DNA from: Macrostomum lignano
Lineage: Eukaryota
Assembly (NCBI GenBank): GCA_002269645.1
Contig: NIVC01000230.1
Span: forward strand, 372,001 to 436,000
Length of the DNA stretch: 64,000 nucleotides
Direction of reading: 5' to 3'
Shown: piece by piece, positions 37,601-48,911 of the stretch
How the letters are laid out: each line of letters begins with the position of its first letter
How positions within the stretch are numbered: the first letter of the stretch is position 1
Program-made: the position numbers and the translations under genes
The notes under the pieces: model-generated
Database searches by the model: none
The model's input: the letters and a program-made list of their open reading frames with translations, nothing else
Told to the model about the DNA's origin: nothing

Positions 37601-40476
37601 CTGTGCCAGTTGAATCAAGCGTTAGTTATTCCGATATTAAATTTAAAAAGGCCGACAGCGATGAGCTGGCCAAGCAGTTCATTGAAGATCTGCGTCAAGC
37701 CAGCGTCCCGCTGAATAGTCTTGTCGGCGTCGTCACCGAAGGCTATTATAGCGCCGATGCGTTTGCTAATAGCGTGAGAAAACTGCTCAAGCTATCCCCT
37801 AGCGACAGTGATCAACTATTGCCATTCAGTTCTGACGCGGCAGCCGCCTTAAACGATACGGTTGAGAATAATCGTTGCGGCCTGGCTTATCGCTGTGAAG
37901 ATCGAGCTCACAAGTTCGAATGCTTGCACTGGCATGTTGACCTGCCGGACACCGCTTCGCCTGACTGCAATCGGCATTACGCTTTGAACATCTATTACGA
38001 ATTCGAGGCCTTGGCAACGCACTATGACAAGTTCTATGAGGTGTATCACTGGCGCAGCCAGAAGTACGAAGGCGAATTCAATAACAGAGATAAGCGGGAC
38101 ATGTTTGGCAGCGATTTTGTTGCCGACCTGTTGTGCCTGATTGATTTGCTGGGCCCAATCAAATCTCTGATTGAGATTGCTCAGAATGACCAACTGCCTC
38201 ACTGGAAGTTCCGTCTGCTGTCTGGCTCAGTTGCCAGCTACTTGGCTAAGCGGGCTGCGGAATTCCGCATTGAACTGTACCCGAGTCTGCTCAAAGCTGG
38301 CGGCTTCGACTCCATCCGGCCCGGTGGCAGCTACCTGGGGGTGCCGCTGGTGCAGGGCTGGAATGTTGGCGAGACTCCGTTTACGTTCGATTCCGAAGGG
38401 CCTGTCGATCAGAAGCTGCTCCGTAGTCAAGCGGACATTGAGAGAGACGTGACCGAATTCGCTGCCGCACTTCATCGCAGCTTTGTCCAACAGGTTGAGT
38501 CCTACTCAGCCTCCGCTCCATCAATTGTGAATGATGCGGCAGTGATGGATGCTGGACAGATTTTGTGCCTGTTGGCCAGCAGCGATGCGTCAGCAGAGGT
38601 TGAGGCATTGGCCAGGTCAGCAGCCGCAGAGAGGCTGGTCTTAGCAGCTGCTCAGCACAGACAGATGTCGCTGGTTTCCACAGCGAGCGTCGCTTCGTAC
38701 GCAACGGCAATTCAACGCGCATTCATCAGCGGCGATGGCCGGGAGGGCTGGACGACTCCTTGCATAACTGGTCGCATTGTGAAGGTAGAGCTGGAGCCGG
38801 CGGAGCGTGAGGGCGAATTCGCTACTTGCCTTCGAGTGACAACAGAGTCTAGCGATGAGGCTGTGAGCGTTAGGCTGAATGAAGACTTCATCTACAAGTC
38901 TTTGTACTTTGACCCGAGAGTGTTCGGCTTGGCAGGACGGGACGGCTGTCTGCTGTTGGACTTTGCGCTGCACGTTGGAGGCACTCGTAAGACCTGTTCA
39001 TAAACTTTTTGTAGGCAGCTTTAAGGATCGAAGTATTCGTTGAAGCTTTAAAGCCAGAATTAATAGCTTCAGGATTGCCATTCGAAAATATATGTGATCA
39101 GTATGGCAATTTTTAAGCCTCTGTATCCGATCTAATAGCTTCAGGACTGAACTGGTAGCTTCAGGACTGAGTTGATAGCTTCAGGACTGAGTTGATAGCT
39201 TCAGGACTGAATCGATAGCTTCAGGACTGAGTTGATAGCTTCAGGACTGAATCGATAGCTTCAGGACTGAATTGATAGCTTCAGGACTGAATTATTGGCT
39301 TCAGGACTGAATTATTGGCTTCAGGACTGAATTATTGGCTTCAGGACTGAATTATTGGCTTCAGGACTGAATTGATAGCTTCAGGACTGAACTGGTAGCT
39401 TCAGGACTGAGTTGATAGCTTCAGGACTGAGTTGATAGCTTCAGGACTGAATCGATAGCTTCAGGACTGAATTGATAGCTTCAGGACTGAATTATTGGCT
39501 TCAGGACTGAATTATTGGCTTCAGGACTGAATTATCGGCTTCAGGACTGAATTGATAGCTTCAGGACTGAATTGATAGCTTCAGAACTAAGTTGATAGCT
39601 TCAGAACTGATTTATTAGCTTCAGGACTGAATTGATAGCTTCAGGACTGAGTTGATAGCTTCAGGACTGATTTATTAGCTTCAGGACTGAATTGATAGCT
39701 TCAGGACTGAGTTGATAGCTTCAGGACTGATTTATTAGCTTCAGGACTGAATTATTGGCTTCAGGACTGAATTATCGGCTTCAGGACTGAATTGATAGCT
39801 TCAGGACTCAATTAGTACCTTCATGACTCAATTGATAGCTTGAGGAGTCAATTGATAGTTTCAGGACTAAATTATGAGATTCAGAATCTGAACTATGATA
39901 TTCAGGATCTGAATTATTAGATTCAGGGCCTGAATTATGATATTTAGAACTGAGTTAATTAGATTCAGGGTCTGAATTATGAGATTCAGGATCTCAATTA
40001 TTAGATTCAGGATCTGAAATTATAAGATTCAGAAACGGAACTAATGGCTTCAGGTCAGGACCTTCAGGATTAATAGCTTAATAAAAGAAGTGGCAGACTC
40101 ATTCACCAAGCAGGTAAAAAACTCAACATCTGGATACGCGTCTTCTTTTCTCCCGCTGTCAGACGGCTTTGCCTTCAAGATCAGCTCGATGCGGCGTTCG
40201 CAAGAGAAGCGGGAGCCAGATTATCGCCATTGCTTCTACGCCCCTGAGCAAGAAAAAAAAGAAGACGAAGCCGCCCTGAAGCTGCGCACAAAACTCGGTT
40301 TCATGTTGCTATCCAATGCCGACAACGGTCACGCTCGGCTGCTTGACGAGGTTACTGATCTGTTCTTCGACGAAGAGCGCCGTGAGGAGGTTAAGAAAGG
40401 TAGTAAAGTTGACGAGACAGAGAATATTTCCAAGATTCAAGAGAAGGTCAGGCGCCGGCTGAATTTGGTGTCCTAA
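34666..40476 (+). CDS. hAT-transposase-derived (putatively domesticated) protein, 4 exons, about 829 aa
   Basis: Exons 34666-34943, 36174-36497, 37413-38986 and 40163-40476 have GT-AG sites and consistent phases (2490 nt, no internal stops). Motifs LPSTG...TVLCD, GVVTEGYY, DFVADLLCLIDLL...PHWK, VQGW and LKLRTKL resemble invertebrate hAT-like transposases as I recall them. The exon-4 acceptor was chosen on its polypyrimidine tract and phase. Confidence 0.7.
35030..36075. repeat. 24-bp minisatellite (intron 1 of the hAT-derived gene)
   Basis: Unit GACAGGTACAAAGACAGGCAGATG. Confidence 0.95.
36510..37330. repeat. 24-bp minisatellite (intron 2 of the hAT-derived gene)
   Basis: Unit GTATGTACATCTCTATCTACCTGT. 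Confidence 0.95.
39135..40060. repeat. 20-bp minisatellite with a degenerate right flank (intron 3 of the hAT-derived gene)
   Basis: Unit TAGCTTCAGGACTGAATTGA. Confidence 0.9.
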
Positions 40477-40849
40477 CAGTTTACAAATAATATGTTGCTG
40501 ACAAACGACAGAACGTTTCATTAAGCCTTTAAAACATTTTATCCAATCCAACCCACAATAGTTTGCATTTTTGTCGTAAAAATAGGCATTTTTTATTAAC
40601 TCTTCCTTTTTTACGAGTACTAGGTTTGTTTCCAGAAATTCATTCTCCGTTGTATTGTTGTCAACTATTTTCTTAACTTTGTGGCAAATTATGCTGTGCT
40701 TTTATTGTTACAAATAAAATAACATCTTTTTGCATTTATAATATGATAGCTTCAGTTGAAGCAAAAAATGCACAACATTGTGCTATTCTTGTTATACTTT
40801 GTAATTAGTGATTGTTTGGATTAGCATGGAAGTGTCTACGATGTCTTAA

Positions 40850-41275
40850 TCTTCAGGTGTTAGGCTACCATCCCCTTCAATAATCCTCAGGTGTTAGGCT
40901 ACCATCCCCTTCAATAATCCTCAGGTGTTTGGCTACCATCCCCTTCAATAATCCTCAGGTGTTAGGCTACCATCCCCTTCAATAATCCTCAGGTGTTAGG
41001 CTACCATCCCCTTCAATAATCCTCAGGTGTTAGGCTACCATCCCCTTCAATAATCCTCAGGTGTTAGGCTACCATCCCCTTCAATAATCCTCAGGTGTTA
41101 GGCTACCATCCCCTTCAATAATCCTCAGGTGTTTGGCTACCATCCCCTTCAATAATCCTCAGGTGTTAGGCTACCATCCCCTTCAATAATCCTCAGGTGT
41201 TTGGCTTCCATCCCCTTCAATAATCCTCAGGTGTTAGGCTACCATCCCCTTCAATAATCCTCAGGTGTTAGGCTT
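40850..41275. repeat. 34-bp minisatellite, about 12 copies (intergenic)
   Basis: Unit CCTCAGGTGTTAGGCTACCATCCCCTTCAATAAT. Confidence 0.95.
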
Positions 41276-41527
41276 TACTCCCCCTTGATTAGCTAATTCC
41301 CCATTCAGCTTCTGAATTTCCCATCCCCATTTATTAGCATAATCTCTTTCCATACTAGTCAGTTTTTAGGTTCCACCTCCATACTAGTCAGTTTTGTTGC
41401 ACACAAAGATTTTGTCGAATTTCAGGCCTCTATTGACGTCTGCCTTGCCGCACCTGCCGAGGTCGCTTCTGGTCCCGAATTGCTGATCCCGACACTTCAA
41501 CTCGTGCATCATCATCAGCAGGCAACA

Positions 41528-42515
41528 ATGACTGACAGCCATGCTCAAGACGATTCGGACGATATCGCAGAGAGCGCCGTTGTTCGCCTTCGCGGGGTCC
41601 CCTATAAGGCAACAGTGGCCGATATTGAAGAGTTTTTCTCGTCAAGATTGCGCGGCTGTCAGCCCGCCAGTGTTCACATTGTTTATAATGTCAGGGGATT
41701 GTCCGCTGGACAGGCGAGTGCTGCCGTTGTTAGCGTCTGGTTGCTATGGTTTCAATTTCAGTGCAAAATGTCCTAACCTATATAGCAACTGTTTAGTGCT
41801 GTGCAAGCGTAAAATGAGCGTCATTTCAAACATAAAAGATTCATTGGGGAATTGCTGAGATGTCAAGGCTTACTGGGGAATTGCTGGGATATCAAGGCTT
41901 ACAGCTGGCGGAACTGCCGAGATGTTAAGGCTTACAGCTGGGGAATTGCTGGGATGTCAAGGCATACGGGGGAATTGCTGAGATGTCAAGGCATACGGGG
42001 GAATTGCTGAGATGTCAAGGCATACGGGGCAATTGCTGAGATGTCAAGGCATACGGGGGAATTGCTGAGATGTCAAGGCATACGGGGGAATTGCTGAGAT
42101 GTCAAGGCATACGGGGGAATTGTTGAGATGTCAAGGCATACGGGGGAATTGCTGAGATGTCAAGAATTTCAATTGCTCGCATTGTTGTCTTTCATTTTGT
42201 GTATTTTGACATAATAATTCAATGTTACTTGTTTTAAAATCAAGATACTTACAGCAGTAGTACAAGTAGTACAAATATATACGAAAAATAAATATGAATT
42301 ATTATTCTCGCGCAGGCATTCGTTGAATTCGTTGATCCTGGCGAGGCTGAAGCGGCACTGTCGCTCAACAAGCAGTACATTGGCCACCGCTATGTGGAGA
42401 TTTTCCCTTCCAATCTGGCCGAGATGAAGCGTACACTGCATCAGCAGGTGAGGCTGCAAGGTGTAGCTTGTCTGTCCGTCTGTTGTCTGTCTGTCTGTAT
42501 GTCTTAGTGTCTGTG

Positions 42516-42546
<31 letters not shown>

Positions 42547-42559
42547 GTGTCTGCCTTCC

Positions 42560-42594
<35 letters not shown>

Positions 42595-42745
42595 ATGTCT
42601 TAGTGTTAGTGTCTGTCTTAGTGTCTGTCTGTCTGTCTGTCTGTATGTCTGTATGTCTTAGTGTCTGTGTGTCTGCCTTCCTGTCTGTCTGTCTGTCTGT
42701 GTGTCTGTCTGTCTGTCTGTCTGTCTGTATGTCTTAGTGTCTGTG

Positions 42746-42780
<35 letters not shown>

Positions 42781-42793
42781 GTGTCTGCCTTCC

Positions 42794-42824
<31 letters not shown>

Positions 42825-42943
42825 ATGTCTTAGTGTTAGTGTCTGTCTTAGTGTCTGTCTGTCTGTATGTCTGTATGTCTGTATGTCTTAGTGTCTGTAT
42901 GTCTTAGTGTCTGTCTTAGTGTCTGTCTGTCTGTCTGTCTGTC

Positions 42944-42998
<55 letters not shown>

Positions 42999-45900
42999 GT
43001 CTGTTCGGTACTCATCTAATATCCAAACGCACTGGGTCGGCAGTCCCCGCAGCCAGCCGCAAAGCGCAGCTCCCGCAAAGCTACTCCTGTGGTGAAGCTG
43101 ACCGGCCTGCCCGAGTCGGCTGCTGCTCACGCAGCGGTGCTGCAGACTCTGCTTTCGTGCTGCCCCGGCGTTCGAATTGCTCCAGACGGCCTGCTGTTGG
43201 TTTTCGACAGGTTTCAACAATTTACCGGCTGCGCCTTCGTGCAGCTGCTTGGCGCGGAGGATGCCCGGCTGGTGCTGGACACGCTGGCCGCCGGGGGCGA
43301 CTCTGTCCGAGAGCTGACCGCCTCGCTCTCCAGTTCGCGAGAGGCCTATCGTGAGGCTAACAGGCAGCACCTGCTTGCCGGCCATGGTGAGAATTCGCTT
43401 GAATCTGCCTCTCCGCTCTCCCTCAGTATCCTTGAATCTGCCCCTCCGCTCCCCCCCTCAGGATCCTTGAATCTGCCTCTCCGCTCCCCCCCTCAGGATC
43501 CTTGAATCTGCCTCTCCGCTCCCCCCTCAGGATCCTTGAATCTGCCTCTCCGCTCCCCCCTCAGGATCCTTGAATCTGCCTCTCCGCTCCCCCCTCAGGA
43601 TCCTTGAATCTGCCTCTCCGCTCCCCCCCCCTCAGGATCCTTGAATCTGCCTCTCCGCTCCCCCCTCAGGATCCTTGAATCTGCCTCTCCGCTCCCCCCC
43701 TCAGGATCCTTGAATCTGCCTCTCCACTCCCCCCTCAGGATCCTTGAATCTGCCTCTCCGCTCCCCCCTCAGGATCCTTGAATCTGCCTCTCCGCTCCCC
43801 CCTCAGGATCCTTGAATCTGCCTCTCCGCTCCCCCCCCCTCAGGATCCTTGAATCTGCCTCTCCGCTCCCCCCCCCCTCAGGATCCTTGAATCTGCCCCT
43901 CCGCTGTCCCCTCAGAATCCTTGAATCTGCCTCTCCGCTCCCCCCCCTCAGGATCCTTGAATCTGCCTCTCCGCTCCCCCCCCCCTCAGGATCCTTGAAT
44001 CTGCCCCTCCGCTCTCCCTCAGAGACCTTGAATCTGCCTCTCCCTCTCTCAGATTCCTTGAACCAAGCTTGTAAAAGTACACTCTATTTCGTTAGTAAAT
44101 TTTTGCTATTCAATTTTTCACCCAAATTTCATCTTTGACTTATCTCTGAATTTTATTACAAAATGTCTGACTGCCTACTTGTAATTATATTTTAGTAGTC
44201 TAATGAGCATCATACGCTTTAAATTCAGACTATTCGACTGGCCCGTTTGGTGAAGGCGGACTCGATCCTAACGACTTGTCTGACTGTTGCGATATCGAGG
44301 ATAGCGATCCGATAGAGGAATCGGAACCGACCTCGTTCGGTTCTATTAGGCAAAGAGACGCCTCACCGTCGCTGCTGCACGGGGTTCGAGTCCGCGGACT
44401 GCCCTGGTCAGCCAACGACACAGATCTGGCGGAATTCTTTGCTCCATTGAAGCCTTGCCTAGCAACCGTTGCTCGGTCGGCGGATGGTCGCAGCTTGGGC
44501 ACCGGCACGGCCTCCTTTTACACGGCCGAGGATGCTCAGGCTGCTGTGCTCAATTGCCACAAGAAGCTTATGGGTGAGCTCAGCTCTGTTGATTCTACTT
44601 GCGCTATCGAATGTTCACGGTGTTAGATAAAACAGGCATGAAATGGGGAAAGATATGAATATGGGAAAGGGGAGAAATGGAAGGAGAGAGGTGGACGGGG
44701 TAGAGGGGGAAGCTGGAGGAGGGGAGAGGGGGAGCTGGAGGAGGGGAGAGGGGGAGCTGGAGGAGGGGAGAGGGGGAGCTGGAGGAGGGGAGAGGGGGAG
44801 CTGGAGGAGGGGAGAGGGAGCTGGAGGAGGGGAGAGGGGGAGCTGGAGGAGGGGAGACGGGGAGCTGGAAGAGGGGAGAGGGGGAGCTGGAGGAGGGAGA
44901 CGGGGAGCTGGAGGAGGGGGAGAGGGAGCTGGAGGAGGGGAGAGGGGGAGCTGGAGGAGGGGGAGAGGGAGCTGGAGGAGGGGGAGAGGGAGCTGGAGGA
45001 GGGGGAGAGGGAGCTGGAGGAGGGGAGAGGGGGAGCTGGAGGAGGGGGAGAGGGAGCTGGAGGAGGGGAGAGGGAGCTGGAGGAGGGGAGAGGGGAGCTG
45101 GAGGAGGGGGAGAGGGAGCTGGAGGAGGGGGAGAGGGAGCTGGAGGAGGGGAGAGGGGGAGCTGGAGGAGGGGAGAGGGAGCTGGAGGAGGGGGAGAGGG
45201 AGCTGGAGGAGGGGGAGAGGGAGCTGGAGGAGGGGAGAGGGGGAGCTGGAGGAGGGGAGACGGGGAGCTGGAGGAGGGGAGACGGGAGCTGGAGGAGGGG
45301 AGACGGGGAGCTGGAGGAGGGAGACGGGGAGCTGGAGGAGGGGAGACGGGGAGCTGGAGGAGGGGAGACGGGGAGCTGGAGGAGGGGAGACGGGGAGCTG
45401 GAGGAGGGGAGACGGGGAGCTGGAGGAGGGGAGACGGGGAGCTGGAGGAGGGGAGAGGGAGAGCTGGAGGAGGGGAGACGGGGAGATGGAGGAGGGGAGA
45501 CGGGGAGCTGGAGGAGGGGAGACGGGGAGCTGGAGGAGGGGAGACGGGGAGCTGGAGGAGGGGAGAGGGAGAGCTGGAGGAGGGGAGAGGGAGAGCTGGA
45601 GGAGGGGAGACGGGGAGCTGGAGGAGGGGAGAGGGAGAGCTGGAGGAGGGGAGACGGGGAGATGGAGGAGCGGAGACGGGGAGCTGGAGGAGGGGAGAGG
45701 GAGAGCTGGAGGAGGGGAGACGGGGAGCTGGAGGAGGGGAGACGGGGAGCTGGAGGAGGGGAGAGGGAGAGCTGGAGGAGGGGAGACGGGGAGCTGGAGG
45801 AGGGGAGAGGGAGAGCTGGAGGAGGGGAGACGGGGAGATGGAGGAGGGGAGAGGGAGAGCTGGAGGAGGGGAGACGGGGAGATGGAGGAGGGGAGAGGGG

Positions 45901-46038
45901 GAGCTGGAGGAGGGGAGAGGGAGAGGTTGATGGCGATAGAAAAAAAAGCGGTAGATGCTTTCAGCTTTCAAAGCAACAGAATCCTGCTTGCATTTCACAC
46001 CCGCAGGTGAGCGATATATCGAGGTTTACAAACAGTAG
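41528..46038 (+). CDS. hnRNP F/H-GRSF1-Glorund family protein with three quasi-RRMs, 5 exons, about 342 aa
   Basis: Exons 41528-41713, 42316-42447, 43053-43386, 44229-44573 and 46007-46038 (1029 nt). Motifs: VVRLRGVPY...GQ|AFVEF...IGHRYVEIF; VVKLTGLP...TGCAFVQ; VRVRGLPW...KLMG|ERYIEVY. Intron 1 has a GC donor. Confidence 0.9.
41845..42165. repeat. 29-bp minisatellite (hnRNP intron 1)
   Basis: Unit GGGGAATTGCTGAGATGTCAAGGCATACG. Confidence 0.9.
42470..42995. repeat. (GTCT)n-rich microsatellite (hnRNP intron 2)
   Basis: Direct reading of the sequence. Confidence 0.95.
43390..44065. repeat. 34-37-bp C-rich minisatellite (hnRNP intron 3)
   Basis: Unit CTTGAATCTGCCTCTCCGCTCCCCCCTCAGGATC, beginning within about 10 nt of the donor. 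Confidence 0.92.
44690..45925. repeat. 19-22-bp G/A-rich minisatellite (hnRNP intron 4)
   Basis: Unit GGAGGAGGGGAGA(G/C)GGGGAGCT, about 55-60 copies. Confidence 0.95.
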
Positions 46039-46939
46039 TTAATAAGGAAACTTTTGATTACTATTTATAGTTTCTCCAACGTAACACCTCAAAACTTACA
46101 TGGATACGATGTAAGCGTTTTTTTACCATGTTGTTGGTTTGTATATCACTTTGTGTCATTACTTTATTACTTTATGTATTTCATTGCGCAATGGTTTTGA
46201 TTCAAAACTATTTCAATAGAAAGTTTACGAGCGGTTTGCCAATTGAATGTTTTTGTTTTATGTTGTTTAAATGTGGAAATAACACATGTTTACATTTTTA
46301 AAATCTACTTATTCACTTTTTATCTATCCGTTTCATTATAATATTAATCAATGAGAACTGTTGTTGTGTAAATTTATTTGATAAAGATTTTATTGCTTTA
46401 TGATCATCATCACTATTTCAAAATTTTCCATGTGTAACACTTTGAAGCTTGCGCAGATATTGACCATTTTTGTGTTGTTGCTGTTTTACTTTGTGTCATT
46501 ATTTCATACATTTTACTGCAAAAATTTTAAAGAGACCATTTTTACATTAACCATCCGTTTCATTATAATGGTAATGAATCAAAATTGTTGTGTTTATTTA
46601 TTCACTTTTAATTATTGCTAATAAAACCGTCAATCAATTTGACGCCCTCGTCTTTCAACAGCTGTTTTTATTTAACTTATTTATTTAATTAAATTGCTCT
46701 ATTGTTTTTCTTTTATTCATTGGTAAAATTCGAATGGCATACTTTTATTTAATTGTGTATAAATATACTGTACGTCCATTGTTTTTGTGTTGGTAAATAT
46801 GGCAGCAGGATCTTAATGTTGCCTTCATTCAGTTTTTTTCACATATTAAAGTCGCAAGAAATGTTCAAAGCGATATTTAAATTACCATTTAAATTATAAT
46901 TTAAATTAACAGCTAAACAGAATTTCATAACTTAATTAG

Positions 46940-46972
46940 TTCATTTGTTTGTTTGTTTGTTTGTTTGTTTCT

Positions 46973-47021
<49 letters not shown>

Positions 47022-47232
47022 CAGTCAGTCAGTCAGTCAGTCAGTCAGTCAGTCAGTCAGTCAGTCAGTCAGCCAGTCAGTCAGCCAGTCAGTCAGTCAG
47101 TCAGTCAGCCAGTCAGTCAGTCAGTCAGCCAGCCAGCCAGCCAGTCAGTCAGTCAGTCAGTCAGTCAGCCAGTCAGTCAGTCAGTCAGTCAGCCAGTCAG
47201 TCAGTCAGTCAGCCAGTCAGTCAGTCAGTCAG
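46940..47232. repeat. Compound tetranucleotide microsatellite (TTTG)n(TTAG)n(TCAG)n/(CCAG)n
   Basis: Direct reading of the sequence. Confidence 0.95.
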
Positions 47233-47295
47233 CTACTCGACGTCCCTTGAAATGTTTATTCGACGATTAGCAAATTTATATGGACAACCTTATAG

Positions 47296-48911
47296 ATGAG
47301 TGAGGAACATTTGAAGGTCAAAGCCAACTATATATATATTAAACCTGCAGATTTAAGCTTCATAATCCTAATACTCTAATGTATTGAAAAAATTAAAGGC
47401 TTCCGCAAAAGAAGCAGAAAAACTCGTTGATGCAGCGGAGCCGCCAGTTCCGCAGCGGCAGCCGTGCAGCCAATGCGGTCGCCATGGCGACTGGCAACGC
47501 TGCGCCCGGTGCCGCAACAAGCGGTACTGCAGCCGGGCCTGCCAGCAGCAGCACTGGCCTCGGCACAAGCAGCTGTGCGGTGAGCTGGCTGCTCAACTGA
47601 GCTGGGCTGACTTCATGCAGCGGCTGGGTCAGAGGCTGCAGATTAGCCGACTGATGGACCTGCCCGACTCGCCCATGCGCCAGCTGATGCCCGACCACGT
47701 GCTGGCGCCTTTCCAGTATCCCTGCTGGCCATGGCTGCTGTTTGGCAGCTTCCAGTTGGTGCCGTCTGGAATGCCCAATGGGGGGAGAAGTGAGTGCGCT
47801 GTGAGATCGTGATTGGCTAGATTAGCAAATCATTCTAACCCTGATTGGCTAGATCAGCAATCCATTCTAAGCCTGATTGGCTAGATTAGCAATCCATTCT
47901 AAGCCTGATTGGCTAGATTAGCAATCCATTCTAAGCCTGATTGGCTAGATTAGCAATCCATTCTAACCCTGATAGGCTAGATTAGCAATCCATTCTAAGC
48001 CTGATTGGCTAGATTAGCAATCCATTCTAACCCTGATTGGCTAGATTAGCAATCCACCATAATCCTGATTGGCTAGATTAGCAATCCATTCTAACCCTGA
48101 TTGGCTAGATCAGCAATCCATTCTAAGCCTGATTGGCTAGATTAGCAATCCATTCTAACCCTGATTGGCTAGATTAGCAATCCATTCTAAGCCTGATTGG
48201 CTAGATTAGCAATCCATTCTAACCCTGATTGGCTAGATCAGCAATCCATTCTAACCCTGATTGGCTAGATTAGCAATCCACCATAATCCTGATAGGCTAG
48301 ATTAGCAATCCATTCTAAGCCTGATTGGCTAGATTAGCAATCCATTCTAACCCTGATTGGCTAGATTAGCAATCCATTTAATCCTGATAGGCTAGATTAG
48401 CAATCCATTCTAACCCTGATTGGCTAGATTAGCAATCCATTCTAAGCCTGATTGGCTAGATTAGCAATCCATTCTAACCCTGATTGGCTAGATCAGCAAT
48501 CCATTCTAACCCTGATTGGCTAGATTAGCAATCCACCATAATCCTGATTGGCTAGATTAGCAATCCATCATAATCCTGATTGGCTAGATTAGCAATCCAC
48601 CATAATCCTGATAGGCTAGATTAGCAATCCATTCCATTGCAGCCCTCATATTCACACCCGCCCTGTCGCTGGCACCCGTGCCCGGAATTCCCGTGTTCAT
48701 GTACTCCTCGCTGGACGAGCCCCCAGAGCTGCTCTCCACCAACCGGCCGGGAATGTCCGAGTCTCTGCTAGCCCTCGGCCGGCCTGTCCCGGCCAGCCTG
48801 TCCGAGCTGGTGGAACGGCCGGCGGCTGTGCTGCGAGATTCGGCCAGTCTATTGGGCCTGATCTTTCCCAAGGAGAGCCCGTTGCTTGGTTTGGCTTATT
48901 TCTACGTGTGA
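47296..48911 (+). CDS. Small MYND-type zinc-finger protein, about 226 aa (first exon tentative)
   Basis: CSQC...CARC...CSRAC...HWPRHKQLC is a canonical MYND pattern. Exons are 47296-47316 (tentative, MSEEHLK), 47399-47789 and 48643-48911, with consistent phases. Confidence 0.75.
47810..48632. repeat. 32-bp minisatellite, about 25 copies (MYND gene intron)
   Basis: Unit CTGATTGGCTAGATTAGCAATCCATTCTAACC, running up to the acceptor. Confidence 0.95.

Noticed and set aside
38987-39120. Alternative 28- or 32-nt intron ending the hAT-derived gene early
   Set aside because: Implausibly short. The distal acceptor at 40162 has a strong pyrimidine tract and adds the family-like LRTKL segment.
46140-46620. 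Old imperfect direct duplication in AT-rich 3' flank of the hnRNP gene
   Set aside because: Diverged and low-complexity, with no functional signal.
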